A DNA stretch of 62,993 nucleotides, counting the filler, from Octopus bimaculoides (lineage: Eukaryota): assembly GCF_001194135.2 (NCBI RefSeq). It is 7 parts of 6 records of this genome, joined end to end, with 100 filler letters (N's around TTAATTAATTAA, not from the genome) between each part and the next. Parts side by side here need not be neighbours in the genome. Positions count along the whole stretch, not along the records: positions 1 to 5,407 come from NC_068988.1; positions 5,508 to 26,976 come from NC_068985.1; 5 more parts are not named here. The stretch is one strand, 5' to 3'. Below the pieces are notes generated by a model. The model ran no database searches. It was not told where the DNA came from and saw only the letters and a program-made list of their open reading frames with translations. Position numbers and translations under genes: made by a program. This document shows positions 1-13,145 of the stretch, in pieces; the stretch's first letter is position 1, and the number at the start of each line of letters is the position of its first letter.

Positions 1-58
1 ATATATATATATATATACATAGGAAGGTACTCAGTATGTTAGAGAAGCAGAGTTGGTA

Positions 59-245
59 TTTCTTTTATTAACTAAGTGATGCCTTACAATTGTTCAATTG
101 ATTTAATAGATTATTACATTTCTTCAAAGGCTAGACTGAATATATGATGGATCCAAAATATATTTAGGTCAAACTTTTGAAGAAATACAGTAATTTTTCG
201 AGAAAATTGTACAGTTGTAAAGCATCACTCGGTTAATAAAAGATA
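59..245. mobile_element. MITE with ~40-bp terminal inverted repeats (TA-flanked, Tc1/mariner-type)
   Basis: Left TCTTTTATTAACTAAGTGATGCCTTACAATTGTTCAATT vs reverse complement of right TCTTTTATTAACCGAGTGATGCTTTACAACTGTACAATT; TA at 57-58 and 246-247. Confidence 0.7.
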
Positions 246-425
246 TACACACACACACACACAAGCACAGCCACATGCACACACACACATACATACATGC
301 ACAGACATGCACACATGCACAAATATATTATATATAAATGTATGTCCATCTGTCTGTCTCTGCCCGTCTCTCTGTCTCTCTTTCTCACTCTTTCTTCCCA
401 CTCTCCTCCCCCCTCTCTCTCTCTC

Positions 426-457
<32 letters not shown>

Positions 458-476
458 AACATGTTTATTTGTCTAT

Positions 477-550
<74 letters not shown>
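245..550. repeat. Compound microsatellite (CA/CT/TA/TG) abutting an assembly gap
   Basis: Direct reading of dinucleotide runs. Confidence 0.95.
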
Positions 551-933
551 NNNNNNNNNNNNNNNNNNNNNNNNNNNNNNNNNNNNNNNNNNNNNNNNNN
601 NNNNNNNNNNNNNNNNNNNNNNNNNNNNNNNNNNNNNNNNNNNNNNNNNNNNNNNNNNNNNNNNNNNNNNNNNNNNNNNNNNNNNNNNNNNNNNNNNNNN
701 NNNNNNNNNNNNNNNNNNNNNNNNNNNNNNNNNNNNNNNNNNNNNNNNNNNNNNNNNNNNNNNNNNNNNNNNNNNNNNNNNNNNNNNNNNNNNNNNNNNN
801 NNNNNNNNNNNNNGATGTATGCATGCATACATACATATCCATAATATCACAGAAACAGCTGTAAGACTATATCTCTTTCCTTATAAATGTCCTGAAAACT
901 CCTCACAGCCTTGGCTTTGTTATCTATTTTTGT

Positions 934-980
<47 letters not shown>

Positions 981-1538
981 CCAGATATAGCTGTAACCAA
1001 GGATATACTACTTGAATACATAAATGTATAAACTGCATAAAATTTTTTAGTGTGATTTTTTTTCTGACTTATGGACAACTGACTGATATACATGTGTCTG
1101 TGTATCTGTGTGTGCACGTGCGTGTGTGTATGTGCATGTATATGTGCATGTGCGTGTTTGTGTGTGTGTGTGTATGTGTGTGTGTTTGTGTATGCAAATG
1201 CTGTTCCTGTTTGGATATATTATGAATGCTTTTGATTTTGCCGTTGTTTCACTGTACGTGTTGCTATTGCTGTTTCTATTTTCGCTGTTATTGTTGTTAT
1301 AGTCAATGCTATCTGATTTCCTGCTAACGACAATATGTAACTCAGATTTTTCTCAGATTGTATTGACTTCCCTACGCTGATCAATTGACCCAACTCTTTC
1401 CCAGCAACCCTGCAAACCATCAATTATTCACTGCAGGTCTCTAATACATTTCCCACTAGATTTAGAAACAGAGAGGCCCATGTCCCATCTCCAGGTACTG
1501 CAACTTGTCTATCTCTACCAACTAATATCAAAGATCCA

Positions 1539-1755
1539 TCAAGATGGTGAGCTGGCAGAAACATTAGCACGCCAGGCAAATGCTTAGCAGTGTTTCGTCT
1601 GTCTTTACGTTCTGGGTTTAAATTCCGCTGAGGTCAACTTTGCCTTTCATCCTTTCGGGGGGTCGATAAATTAAGTACCAGTTGTGTACTGGGGTCGATC
1701 TAATCGACTGGCCCCCTCCTCAAAAATTTCAAACCTTGTGCCCAGAGTAGAATTG
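1539..1755 (+). mobile_element. tRNA-derived SINE, family A (octopus OR-like by recollection)
   Basis: Head GGTGAGCTGGCAGAA (A-box-like) and GGGTTTAAATTCC (B-box-like); 15-bp TSD AATATCAAAGATCCA at 1524-1538 and 1756-1770; homologous copies at 37152 and 52375. Confidence 0.9.
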
Positions 1756-2029
1756 AATATCAAAGATCCAGCATCTCAAAGACAAAACAAATTATTTTAA
1801 AGGATCATGTCCTTATACTTTGGTTTTAGCTAATTTTTTTTGTGTTTTTGTCTATGTTTTTTTTTTTTTTTGCTTAATCAAAGGATGAGTAAATAGTCAT
1901 TGTACCTTGTGTATCCCAGTTTTCAAATAGACTGTGAAGACTAAAAAGGGTGGCATTAGAAAGGGTATACAGTTGCACTGCCAGAAAATGTCTCAGCCCA
2001 TACTAGCATGGATAAAACATGTGAAAAGA

Positions 2030-2240
2030 AATGATGATGAAAGTTATGTAGAGGATGATGATGGTTGTGATGATGATGATAATGGTGGTAGTTGTGGTTG
2101 TGCTGATGATGATGATTGTGATGAGAATTATGAAGATGATGGTGATAACAACAACATCGACTATGATGTTGATGACCTCAATGAAAATGACAATAATGAT
2201 GATAATTATGATGTCGATGACAATGATGTTAATGATGATT
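2030..2240. repeat. Degenerate (GAT)n trinucleotide tract
   Basis: Direct reading; gives a spurious poly-Asp ORF. Confidence 0.9.
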
Positions 2241-2242
2241 AG

Positions 2243-2425
2243 AGTGTTGGATAAAATGTCATGCAGTTTTTTCTTTCAGCTGTCCATGTTCTGAGTTCAA
2301 TTCGGATGTTTCTCTTTTATCTTTGTCATCTTACCCTCATACTTCAAAAATTTGCAAAGTCCATCTCATTCAACACTGCTTCTTTTTATCCTTTTGGGGT
2401 TGATAAAAGAAGTTACCAGTCTAAA
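2243..2425 (+). mobile_element. Old, diverged SINE family A copy
   Basis: GTTCTGAGTTCAATTC B-box-like and TTTATCCTTTTGGGGTTGATAAAA...TACCAGT align to the 1539 copy. Confidence 0.5.
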
Positions 2426-2557
2426 GCTGTGGATTAATAGAATAGCAAGAATACCAGACCAGATACCTGGTAGAAATTATCCTGGCTCTTTGCATTCTGA
2501 GTCTAAATCCTACTACAGCCAGCTAGGATGGTAAATTCTATCTGTCACCTCTATTGC

Positions 2558-2985
2558 TGCCATGTAAAAAATCATCCAGTACACTCTGTAAAGTGGTTGG
2601 TGTTAGGAAGGACACCCAACAATAGAAACCATGCCAAAAAAAAAAGATAACTGGAGACTGATACAGCCCTCTGGTTTTTCAGCTTTCCAACTTTCCAGCT
2701 CATATCAAACTGTTCAACCTATGCCAGTATGCTTGGAAAACATATGTTAACCCTTTCGTTACAATATTATTGTTGAGGTGCTCTGTGTTTCTTTCAATTA
2801 ATTTTAAACATAACAAAGAATTTCGTAAAATAACTTAGTTATCATTAAGCTAGTGTTAGGAACATAAATTGTGACTAAGGTTTGGTGGAAGATTTTTATT
2901 CAGAACTTTTGAAAACAGGACACTTGTACTACAGAGCCAAAGGCGGTTTCAGTCGGGTTGGTATCAAAAGGGTTAAATGATGATC
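2558..2985 (+). mobile_element. LINE 3'-UTR-type repeat (probably RTE) ending in (GAT)n, interrupted by a MITE
   Basis: TACACTCTGTAAAGTGGTTGGTGTTAGGAAGG...GTTAAATGATGAT matches copies at 58183 and 62074; RTE assignment is inference. Confidence 0.7.
2751..2972. mobile_element. piggyBac-type MITE
   Basis: TTAA on both sides (2747-2750, 2973-2976); termini CCCTTTCGTTAC / GTATCAAAAGGG (10 of 12 inverted match, CCC start). Confidence 0.85.
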
Positions 2986-3243
2986 ATGGCAGTGATGACC
3001 TGGAATATTAGGGGCCTTGGCAGAGGAATCTTCTCTGTTTCAAGCATTTGAGTTAGGTCTATGGTTGACTGGAATGAAATGATTGGATGTGGTTGTTTGG
3101 ACACTGATGATTTGGCATAGCTAGCAGGACATTGAGCCTATTTTGGTGACAGTATTTTTTGGCACTGGAGGCAAACACAATGCTCTTTGGCACTGGAAAA
3201 AAACACACACTCATGCACATGCATGCAGAAATATACACATATA

Positions 3244-3289
<46 letters not shown>

Positions 3290-3379
3290 TTGTCTGTCTG
3301 TCTGTGTATAAGTCTACATGCATGTCAGCAATGTAACTACACATGTGCTGTTGGCAGTTTCTTTTCCATCTTTGGACTT

Positions 3380-3490
3380 TTACCTTTCTCTTTTCCGATG
3401 AAGAGCTATGCTCAAAACATCAAACTCTCTCCTTTCACAGAGTGTCAAGCTAATACATTTCTTGTGCACATCCTCACAATCGTTTTTTAT
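3380..3490 (+). mobile_element. Penelope-like terminal-repeat remnant with decayed hammerhead motif
   Basis: TTTT-CCGATGA-A-GAGC-TAT-GCTC-AAAAC-ATC-AAA; downstream sequence resembles the 7531 and 47552 copies. Confidence 0.55.
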
Positions 3491-3516
3491 CATTTTTTTG
3501 TTTATATGAATTTACT

Positions 3517-3547
<31 letters not shown>

Positions 3548-5110
3548 CACACATACACACAAAGAGAAAGAGAGACAGAATGGGAGACATTAAAAGGTCT
3601 GATGTCAAATAAGCCAGCATTGAATTAGTGACATAATATGGATAGTACCAAAACAGCTGTGCCAAAATATCTCATATCTTTGGTTGGAAATACTTTCTTC
3701 CTCCCACCACTAGTTGGAGGCTATCTAAACGATCATGGGTACTGTATTCTTTCCACACTAAAAGATGAAAAGCAAAAAAAAACAAAAAAACAAGAATTAA
3801 AGACCTGCATAGTTAAATTTCCAACTGAAAAGTGAGATAATAAAGTGTAACCTTTTTATAGATTCCTTCTCAGAAGGATCGAAGTGGAAGCCTGAAATGG
3901 GTGTCATTAACAAAGTATTTTGAAAAAAGAAAAGAAAAAGTAATTCTACTTGAAGTTCAGAAAACGAATGATTTTTGTAAGCTCCATTGATACAAAATAA
4001 TTGTATATAATTATGTTTATGTATTGGGAGGGCATTGATTTTGCACCAATGCACAATTTCAAAACTAACCTTATGGCATAGCTTACTTAGTTCTTAAATC
4101 AATTACAATAAATTTCACTCATATATAAAAAGACCTGCTCTGTCCTGTGGCGTAATTTACATAATTTCTTACCAGCACGACATTTCCTAGTTTCATGATG
4201 TAACTTATATGGCTTTTGCAACCAAAGTTTTATAGTGAAGTTTATACTCATAAATTCACATTACTAAGATTAATACTTTTATAATCAGCAATAACTGCAA
4301 TAGTAAGTCTGTAGATACAGCTTCACAAACACACTAATGTAAACTATCACATACACACACATGCGCAATTTGTGTATGTATATATACATATACATACAAA
4401 TATGTGTGTGTATATATCATACATATATAAATATGTACACACAAAAATTATATATATTTATATGTATGTGTATGTATTTATATTGTGTTAATTATAATAA
4501 AACAGACATTACATAATGCAGCTAATATTCATTGTTTTGTCATAAAGCAACATCTAGTAATTTTTACTACTGGATAATTGTATTTTTGTCTCATGTTCTA
4601 AGTTGCCTTAGCAACTCAGGACTGGGATGCTGTAATTATTGTTTCCTAGCGTCATTCTGCAAGTTTTCTGTTTCCACACAGCTTTATCAGTTGATGGAGC
4701 ATTTTGTTCTTGGGGAAAGATGTAAGAATTTTATATATTCATTTATTGGTAATGGAGGATGATGTCATTAAAGAGAGTGAAAAAGACAGAGGGAGGGAAA
4801 TAAAGAGAGACAGAGACAGACAGACAGAGATACTATGTTTACATTACTGAGTTAAGATGGTGTGTTGGTAATATTAGTAGTGGTAGTAGTAGAAGTGGTA
4901 GTGATGATATAGTTTATTGGTATAGTGGTCAATATTGCAATACAGTTTGTATGATGGTGCTGGCAGTGGAAAATTCAGTGAAGTAGTCATCATGCTGTAG
5001 TGTTGTGGTGATTGGCTGGAATACCACTGTAATACAGTATAGGTGCAATCCACAGATCCACTGTACTAGACACAATATTAACATACATACATACATACAT
5101 GCATACATAC

Positions 5111-5154
<44 letters not shown>

Positions 5155-5177
5155 TTATTTAATATGTATATATAGAG

Positions 5178-5407
5178 AGAGACAAGTTACTTGAAGCATT
5201 TAACGAAATAGAAGGGGATATAGCATCATACAACGTGGAAGACAATTGGAGATTTCTGCGGGACAACCTGTTGAAAGCCACCGACCAGATCTGTGGCTGG
5301 TGTAAGGTCCCCTCTCGACCCAGAGTAACGTGGTGGTGGAACAAGGAGGTAGACAGGGCTATTAGACAAAAGAAATAGGCTTGGAAGGACTGGAAGAACG
5401 GTGGTAG
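5178..5407 (+). mobile_element. RTE-clade LINE ORF fragment (region between endonuclease and RT)
   Basis: Translates RDKLLEAF...NWRFLRDNLLKATDQICGWCKVPSRPRVTWWWNKEVDRAIRQKK*AWKDWKNGG; TWWWN motif typical of RTE; one stop; truncated by gap. Confidence 0.85.
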
Positions 5408-5451
5408 NNNNNNNNNNNNNNNNNNNNNNNNNNNNNNNNNNNNNNNNNNNN

Positions 5452-5463
5452 TTAATTAATTAA
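5452..5463. other. Assembly spacer TTAATTAATTAA inside a 100-nt N gap (also 27021, 34745, 38768, 47969, 58127)
   Basis: Same 12-mer centred between 44-N runs six times. Confidence 0.95.
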
Positions 5464-6545
5464 NNNNNNNNNNNNNNNNNNNNNNNNNNNNNNNNNNNNN
5501 NNNNNNNATATATATATATATATATATAAGTGCTTCGGACCTCCATTGATGTTAATCCAGCTCTGATTGGCATTGGTTGCGCATGCATTAGTAGACTGAA
5601 CACCGTTCATAAAGGTAGTTATTTTATGGAAGTTGGTGATAGAGACACCTGTGATTACGAGAGAGATTGTATGACTAAGTGTACGATTATACCAGAATAT
5701 ACATGTGTAAATACATACGTACGTATATAAGCATATGTACTTTAATGTATACATGCATGCATTTATGTATGTAAATGTGTATCTGCGCGTATATTCGCAT
5801 CTGTTTTTTATTGTTCCTAAATATTTTTCTTTCTTACATTTTTCGAAGTGTGTTGGAATGCAGGATAATAACACAGACACACAAAAAACAAAATNNNNNN
5901 NNNNNNNNNNNNNNNNNNNNNNNNNNNNNNNNNNNNNNNNNNNNNNNNNNNNNNNNNNNNNNNNNNNNNNNNNNNNNNNNNNNNNNNNNNNNNNTCAAAG
6001 TTGGGGGTTAAGTCCAGGTAGATATAAAGTAAGATGGTTCTAGCTTGATATATATGTCTTCTATTGAGGCCTATGCGGCAGTAAAAGTGTAGAGTACACA
6101 TGACAAAAAGGTTCACAAGATTTCATGCATGTGTATGTACATAGATGAATACAAACATACATATATATATATACATACATGCTTGCATACCCACACCCAC
6201 ATAAGCGTGTAAGCGTGTGACTATACATATTATACATCCAGACTTTTATCTCCTCTCTCCCCTTATGTAGGTCTGCGTATATATACGTATGTATATCTGC
6301 ATCCATCAATCTATCTGTACGCGCGTACATACATAAATACATACATTCATACATACATACAAACGAACAAACACACACATACACGGACACACGCACGCAC
6401 ACACACACACACACACATACACACACACACACACACACACATGCATCGATGCTAGATATGTCGGAACAATTGTGGTGATTAATAATAGATTCTCGTATAT
6501 TCCATTTTCTGTCTTTCATTTACCGTATATATATATAAAGTTTAA

Positions 6546-7043
6546 GTTTGTTCAAATGTTTGTGATACAGTTCAATTGCTAAAAGGCAAATCAACAGCAG
6601 TTATCGACAAGAAAAATGTTTTCTTATGTTAAAAAGGTGTGAAAACATGCCATCTCTCAGGAATCTCAGACGTCGATGTTTCTAGCTCGTTGGCGTTTAT
6701 CAATGGGAAGTACCTAACAGAGGCAACTCTGAGCAGATTTTATAAACAACTTTGACTGATTTGCGGTGGTAGATCGCCAGATCGTAGAAATTGCCAAAAT
6801 ATTAGTACCAAGCAGTGTTTAGGCATAACCAAAGTTTAATCAAAATATGTTTGTGGCATATTTCAACTTCTGAACGGTAAATTCACTGCAGTTACTGCAG
6901 ACAATTTTTTTTTCTCTTATGGTAAAATGGTGTAAAAACACCCTGTCTATTCAGTGTCACCAGATCGTGGAAATTATCGAAATATTAATTGCAGCGAATT
7001 TGCTTTTAGCAGTTGAAATATATCACAAATAGTCTTAACTAAC
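6546..7043. mobile_element. Old non-autonomous DNA transposon, TTAA-flanked (Kolobok- or piggyBac-like)
   Basis: ~50-bp imperfect inverted ends (TTTGTGATACAGTTCAATTGCTAAAAGGCAAAT vs GCTTTTAGCAGTTGAAATATATCACAAA); TTAA at 6542-6545 and 7044-7047. Confidence 0.55.
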
Positions 7044-7079
7044 TTAAAATTTGCTTGGCGCTAATATTTCGGTACTATA

Positions 7080-7118
<39 letters not shown>

Positions 7119-7530
7119 NNNNNNNNNNNNNNNNNNNNNNNNNNNNNNNNNNNNNNNNNNNNNNNNNNNNNNNNNNNNNNNNNNNNNNNNNNNNNNNNNN
7201 NNNNNNNNNNNNNNNNNNNNNNNNNNNNNNNNNNNNNNNNNNNNNNNNNNNNNNNNNNNNNNNNNNNNNNNNNNNNNNNNNNNNNNNNNNNNNNNNNNNN
7301 NNNNNNNNNNNNNNNNNNNNNNNNNNNNNNNNNNNNNNNNNNNNNNNNNNNNNNNNNNNNNNNNNNNNNNNNNNNNNNNNNNNNNNNNNNNNNNNNNNNN
7401 NNNNNNNNNNNNNNNNNNNNNNNNNNNNNNNNNNNNNNNNNNNNNNNNNNNNNNNNNNNNNNNNNNNNNNNNNNNNNNNNNNNNNNNNNNNNNNNNNNNN
7501 NNNNNNNNNNTATATATATATATATATATG

Positions 7531-7690
7531 GGAGAATTTACGAAAAAAACAACAACAGACGAAGACAGGTGGTGTAAACAACAAATGGATGTATTAATAT
7601 AACACTCGGGAATAGAGAAAGTCTTTGTCGTTTCGAGCCTACACTCTTCAACTGAAAGGAACGCAGAAAGAAACAAGGAGAGAAAAAAAT
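7531..7690 (-). mobile_element. Penelope-like terminal-repeat-derived repeat with hammerhead-like motif
   Basis: Minus strand CTTT-CAGTTGA-A-GAGT-GTAG-GCTC-GAAAC-GAC-AAAG; close homolog at 47552-47745. Confidence 0.6.
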
Positions 7691-8300
7691 ATAAATATGT
7701 CCAGCTAGTACTACCCCTGGTCTCACTACTCTTCCAGGCCACACACCCTCACACCTCTTGATACACAACCACCTTCAATCACCCTCTATAGCTTCAATAA
7801 CCAACTTGACGGCCTTGTGCCTCCTAGCCTATATGATGCACAGCTTTACAAAGGGATTGGTTTGGTATCTCTGTACATATCGCTTTAAACCTAGCAATAT
7901 CTTTAGATCAGCTTTCACAAAAGAGTTAATCGTCTTCGTTTGGCTAGATGAATGCAAAAGTTAATCTCTCTGCCGATGGTGTCGATTTTAACATTGAAAA
8001 CCTGATCATACTGCAAACGAGCGTACATCGTACTCTAAATTGTTGGGAAATTACTCAGCATGGCCTCCATGGCACTTCTAAGGTACAAGTTAGTGTTCTA
8101 ATATTTCACACGCACACGCGCGCGCACACACATACACACACACACGCACACACATATATATATAGACATACGCATAAGAGAGAGATAGACAGACCGACGT
8201 ATAGATAGATTAATTGATTGATTGATTGATTAACAGATTGGCACATATGCATATATGCACACACACACACATTTATACGCACATACATACTTACATACAT

Positions 8301-8375
<75 letters not shown>

Positions 8376-8380
<5 letters not shown>

Positions 8381-8614
8381 ATCGCTCGCCATATCGCGGC
8401 TCACCTATCGCAGTTCACTTATCACGGTTTATTATTTAAACTTACGTCGATTCCTCCGTGCTGTTGTTTTGCATTTATAATAAAATAAATATATACAAAC
8501 TATAACAATAATAAAAACAATATACAGTACAGTACTGTTTTTACTTCGTGGATTTTCACCTATCGCGGGGTTTGGGGTTGGAACGTAACACCCGCGATAG
8601 TCGAGGTATTATTG
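8376..8614. mobile_element. pogo/Tigger-type MITE
   Basis: TIRs TAGTAATCGCTCGCCATATCGCGG / CCGCGATAGTCGAGGTATTATTG; TA on both sides. Confidence 0.8.
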
Positions 8615-8639
8615 TATATATGCATACGTATAAACATAG

Positions 8640-8652
8640 AAATAGATAGATT

Positions 8653-8710
<58 letters not shown>

Positions 8711-8790
8711 ATAATATAAAAGAAGAAATAGATAAATAAATAAATAAAGAAAGAAACAAACAAAGAAATAAAGAAAGAAAGAAAGAAGCT
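8640..8790. repeat. (GATA)n/(AAAT)n/(GAAA)n tetranucleotide tract
   Basis: Direct reading. Confidence 0.95.
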
Positions 8791-9175
8791 CAGAGAGTAG
8801 AAACGAAAGGTAGAAATGCAAAGTGAAGCAGAAAATATTTAAAAATAAGAGAAAAAAAAAATACGGTAACAGTTAAAGAAAGAGCATTGATGGAATGTAA
8901 GGATCAGAAAGAACCACAGTGCTTAAGGGTGAAATATCCTTCATTTGCCGATGAAGATTCTGAAGGGGTTTACCCAATCATGCGTGACATGAAATTTCTG
9001 TAGTCTTACAAGACACGCGTCGAGGAAAAAAAACAACATAAATCTACTAAAATATACGTAGTTGAGAAATAGATGGATGACCTTCATTAATTCTATCAGG
9101 GATGCTGACCCATTTCTAGATTTAACTTTCTTTTCTCCCTCCCTCTCTCTCCATCTGCCGTCTCCCTCTTCTCCC

Positions 9176-9231
<56 letters not shown>

Positions 9232-9926
9232 NNNNNNNNNNNNNNNNNNNNNNNNNNNNNNNNNNNNNNNNNNNNNNNNNNNNNNNNNNNNNNNNNNNNN
9301 NNNNNNNNNNNNNNNNNNNNNNNNNNNNNNNNNNNNNNNNNNNNNNNNNNNNNNNNNNNNNNNNNNNNNNNNNNNNNNNNNNNNNNNNNNNNNNNNNNNN
9401 NNNNNNNNNNNNNNNNNNNNNNNNNNNNNNNNNNNNNNNNNNNNNNNNNNNNNNNNNNNNNNNNNNNNNNNNNNNNNNNNNNNNNNNNNNNNNNNNNNNN
9501 NNNNNNNNNNNNNNNNNNNNNNNNNNNNNNNNNNNNNNNNNNNNNNNNNNNNNNNNNNNNNNNNNNNNNNNNNNNNNNNNNNNNNNNNNNNNNNNNNNNN
9601 NNNNNNNNNNNNNNNNNNNNNNNNNNNNNNNNNNNNNNNNNNNNNNNNNNNNNNNNNNNNNNNNNNNNNNNNNNNNNNNNNNNNNNNNNNNNNNNNNNNN
9701 NNNNNNNNNNNNNNNNNNNNNNNNNNNNNNNNNNNNNNNNNNNNNNNNNNNNNNNNNNNNNNNNNNNNNNNNNNNNNNNNNNNNNNNNNNNNNNNNNNNN
9801 NNNNNNNNNNNNNNNNNNNNNNNNNNNNNNNNNNNNNNNNNNNNNNNNNNNNNNNNNNNNNNNNNNNNNNNNNNNNNNNNNNNNNNNNNNNNNNNNNNNN
9901 NNNNNNNNNNNNNNNNNNNNNNNNNN

Positions 9927-9988
<62 letters not shown>

Positions 9989-10139
9989 TGTATATCCAGT
10001 AGCACTTCGTGTCCAGAAGTGAGAACGTCGAAAGTCTAGAAAGATTACGGTTGAATATAGAAAGTTTATTTTGCCGAATGATTTGACAGAGACTGAGACA
10101 AGATTATAGAAAAGCTTTAATAATACATGCATGTATACA

Positions 10140-10173
<34 letters not shown>

Positions 10174-10214
10174 CACACATGCATGCGTACAAACATACAT
10201 ATATATGTATATAC

Positions 10215-10975
10215 ATGCAAACATACCTACATATCATGGCCCAATAGCCGGATTACTACCTCTCACTTTGAAGGGTATGCATATGCAATCCTGGAACAGG
10301 AAATATCAACCAAGTACCTGATGCACAAAAGGGATACAGACTTTGTGGAGTTAACACCGAAGATATCACCCACATCATAAGCAGTTGTTTGAAAATGTCA
10401 TCACGGTTTATCTACCGATGAGAAATGACGTTGTAGCTAGGATACTCCATAATGAAATCCGTCGGAAGGATAATCCCGAGGGCAAAGAAATAAGAACCCA
10501 CAAAATGGTAGAAGACATAGCCACTCATAATAAAAAGGAATGCTGTTGGAATGTCCCAGTAAAGACCTCAGTAAAATATAAGCAAGCCAGACCTGATAAA
10601 ATGATTTGCGATAGAGAAGACAAACTGTGCACAGTTGTGGAAATTAGCTGCCCAGCGGATATTAACATAAAGTTGAATATCAGTGAAAAAAGAGAACACA
10701 TATGCTGAACTATTGAGAAATCTTCAGTTTCTCTATCCAGATTACAAATTCAGATTTATACCTGTAATTATGGGGATCCTGGGATATGTAACACACTGCC
10801 TAAATACCAATCTTGAGAAACTAGGCTTCTCAAAAGCAGAAAGGAGAAAGCTAATTAGAAGAGTACAGATCCAATCCATCACTGGCATTGTAAAAATCTG
10901 TAAAAATTTTCGGATGTTTATCATTTAAATATATATGAAGATGTCTAGATATGTAACTATATGCATAAGAATACA
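10215..10975 (+). mobile_element. 5'-truncated non-LTR retrotransposon with restriction-like endonuclease (R4/Dong-related, group A)
   Basis: Frameshifted peptide TSHFEGYAYAILEQEISTKYLMHKR, CCHC knuckle (C>Y)RLCGVNTEDITHIISSC, MRNDVVA, RPD...CTVVEISCPADINI...EKENTYAELLRNLQFLYPDYKFRFIPVIMGILG; stop at 10926-10928. Confidence 0.9.
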
Positions 10976-11222
10976 TACATAAAACATACAAATCTGCACA
11001 TACATACACATATATACATACATACATACATCCATGCATACATACATGCATACACACATACGTACATATATGGTGCGGATCTGAAGAAGATGGGGGTTTC
11101 ATATATTTTCAGTCGATCAATCGATTGAGTGGTAAGATTGAAACAGCTGTAAACCTCTACTAAATAGATAAATCAATCAATAAATAAAGATTTGTAATCT
11201 GTTATTTCTGCCTATCATATGT

Positions 11223-11346
11223 CTTTTATCTTTTAACCGAATGAATCGATCGCAGTACTTTTTTTATAGCCAGGTACTTATTTTATCGAACCGCTAGTTA
11301 CAGGGACGAAAACACACCAATACCGGCTGTCAAACGATGGTGTGGG

Positions 11347-11350
<4 letters not shown>
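11223..11350 (-). mobile_element. SINE family C, tail module only
   Basis: Matches tail half of the composite copy at 31232-31616; 5' side runs into (CA)n/(TA)n. Confidence 0.7.
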
Positions 11351-11440
<90 letters not shown>

Positions 11441-11441
11441 G

Positions 11442-11473
<32 letters not shown>

Positions 11474-12947
11474 GGGATACAGAGAACAAGCACACACGCC
11501 ACAAAATATACGTAAATGAGGAAATAAATCTAACAGTATGAACATATACAATCATACATAACGATATGTTTGTGTGTGAATGTGTGTGTGTGTGTGTGTA
11601 TGTGTGTGTGTGTGTGTGTGGTTATGCATGTATGTATGTGCACATATTAGGCAATGAGCAGAAAAAGGAAAACAACACGGGTGGGACAAGTTTACACACG
11701 TACATATATATATACTTACACACACACATGTATATAAATGCACATGTTCATACATACAAATATATTCATACATACATACACAGACATATATATNNNNNNN
11801 NNNNNNNNNNNNNNNNNNNNNNNNNNNNNNNNNNNNNNNNNNNNNNNNNNNNNNNNNNNNNNNNNNNNNNNNNNNNNNNNNNNNNNNNNNNNNNNNNNNN
11901 NNNNNNNNNNNNNNNNNNNNNNNNNNNNNNNNNNNNNNNNNNNNNNNNNNNNNNNNNNNNNNNNNNNNNNNNNNNNNNNNNNNNNNNNNNNNNNNNNNNN
12001 NNNNNNNNNNNNNNNNNNNNNNNNNNNNNNNNNNNNNTAACGTGTCAACATGATGTTAATTTCTCTGACGACAACTTGACAAAATATATGTGACACGAGA
12101 AAACCTCAAGTGAATTTGCCAAAGAAAAAAAACTATGTAAATTCATACATACATACATACATACATACATACATACATACATACATACATACACACACAC
12201 ATATATGGGAGGGTGTATATATCTATATATGGGTATGTATACACACATACACACACACGTATGCGTAAATAATATATAATCACCAACGCTCACATACATA
12301 AAAACAATTTTTGTATCACTTGCTTTTATTTTTTTTAATAATATAAAGCGCTGAAAAAAAAAACAAGTCTTGGGGAAAAATGTAACACAAACGAAACGAA
12401 GAGACGAAAAAACGAAACCTCACTGAAATTGTCTGAATACTGTAAATATTATATGTGTTTGGTTTTAGAGAAAAAAAAAAGTAATAAAAAGCCAGAAGAA
12501 TTAGATAAACGAAATCAAACCTGACTGACAGTAGTGGTCTGGTTATTGATATCCGTCTAATTAATTTGGAAAGCTACTGGCTTTCATTAGACTGACGCTT
12601 GTTTAAAATGGAAGAAAGAAAAGGTTTAAAAAAAAAAATGGACTGAAAATATACATGCACACACACTCAATCACACTCACAAACACACACACACACACAC
12701 ACACACACCCAATCACACTTACACACACACCCAATCACACTTACACACACACACACACACACATACACACACATACATACACATACTATGAGACGTAACG
12801 CTTTCGCTTTGTTGTTCTAGATAATTGTTTTGAAGATCGTTTGCGCATGTTTGTATATATACGTGTGTGTATATGTATGAATATGTGTGTGCATGTGTAT
12901 CTGTGTATGCATGTGATTGTAGGTGTTTATCTGTCTATGGTTATACC

Positions 12948-13145
12948 TTTTATCTTATACCTTTTACTTGTTTCAGCGGCCATGCTGGAGCACTACTTTG
13001 AAGAATTTTAGCCGAACTAACCGATACTAGGACTTCTTTTTTGAAGCCTAATACTTATTCCATCGGCTTCTTTTGCGGAACCGCTAGGTCACGGGCACAT
13101 AAACGCACTAACGCCGGTTATCAAGCGGTGATGCAGGACAAACAT
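12948..13145 (-). mobile_element. SINE family C, tail module
   Basis: GGCCATGCTGGAGCAC...GAACCGCTAGGTCACGGG...CAAGCGGTG aligns to 31232-31430. Confidence 0.75.

Noticed and set aside
1934-2242. Asp-rich 102-aa ORF
   Set aside because: Product of a (GAT)n tract; no splice or homology support.
8890-9003. Short ORF MECKDQKEPQCLRVKYPSFADEDSEGVYPIMRDMKFL
   Set aside because: Only 37 aa, no splice signals or recognised homology.
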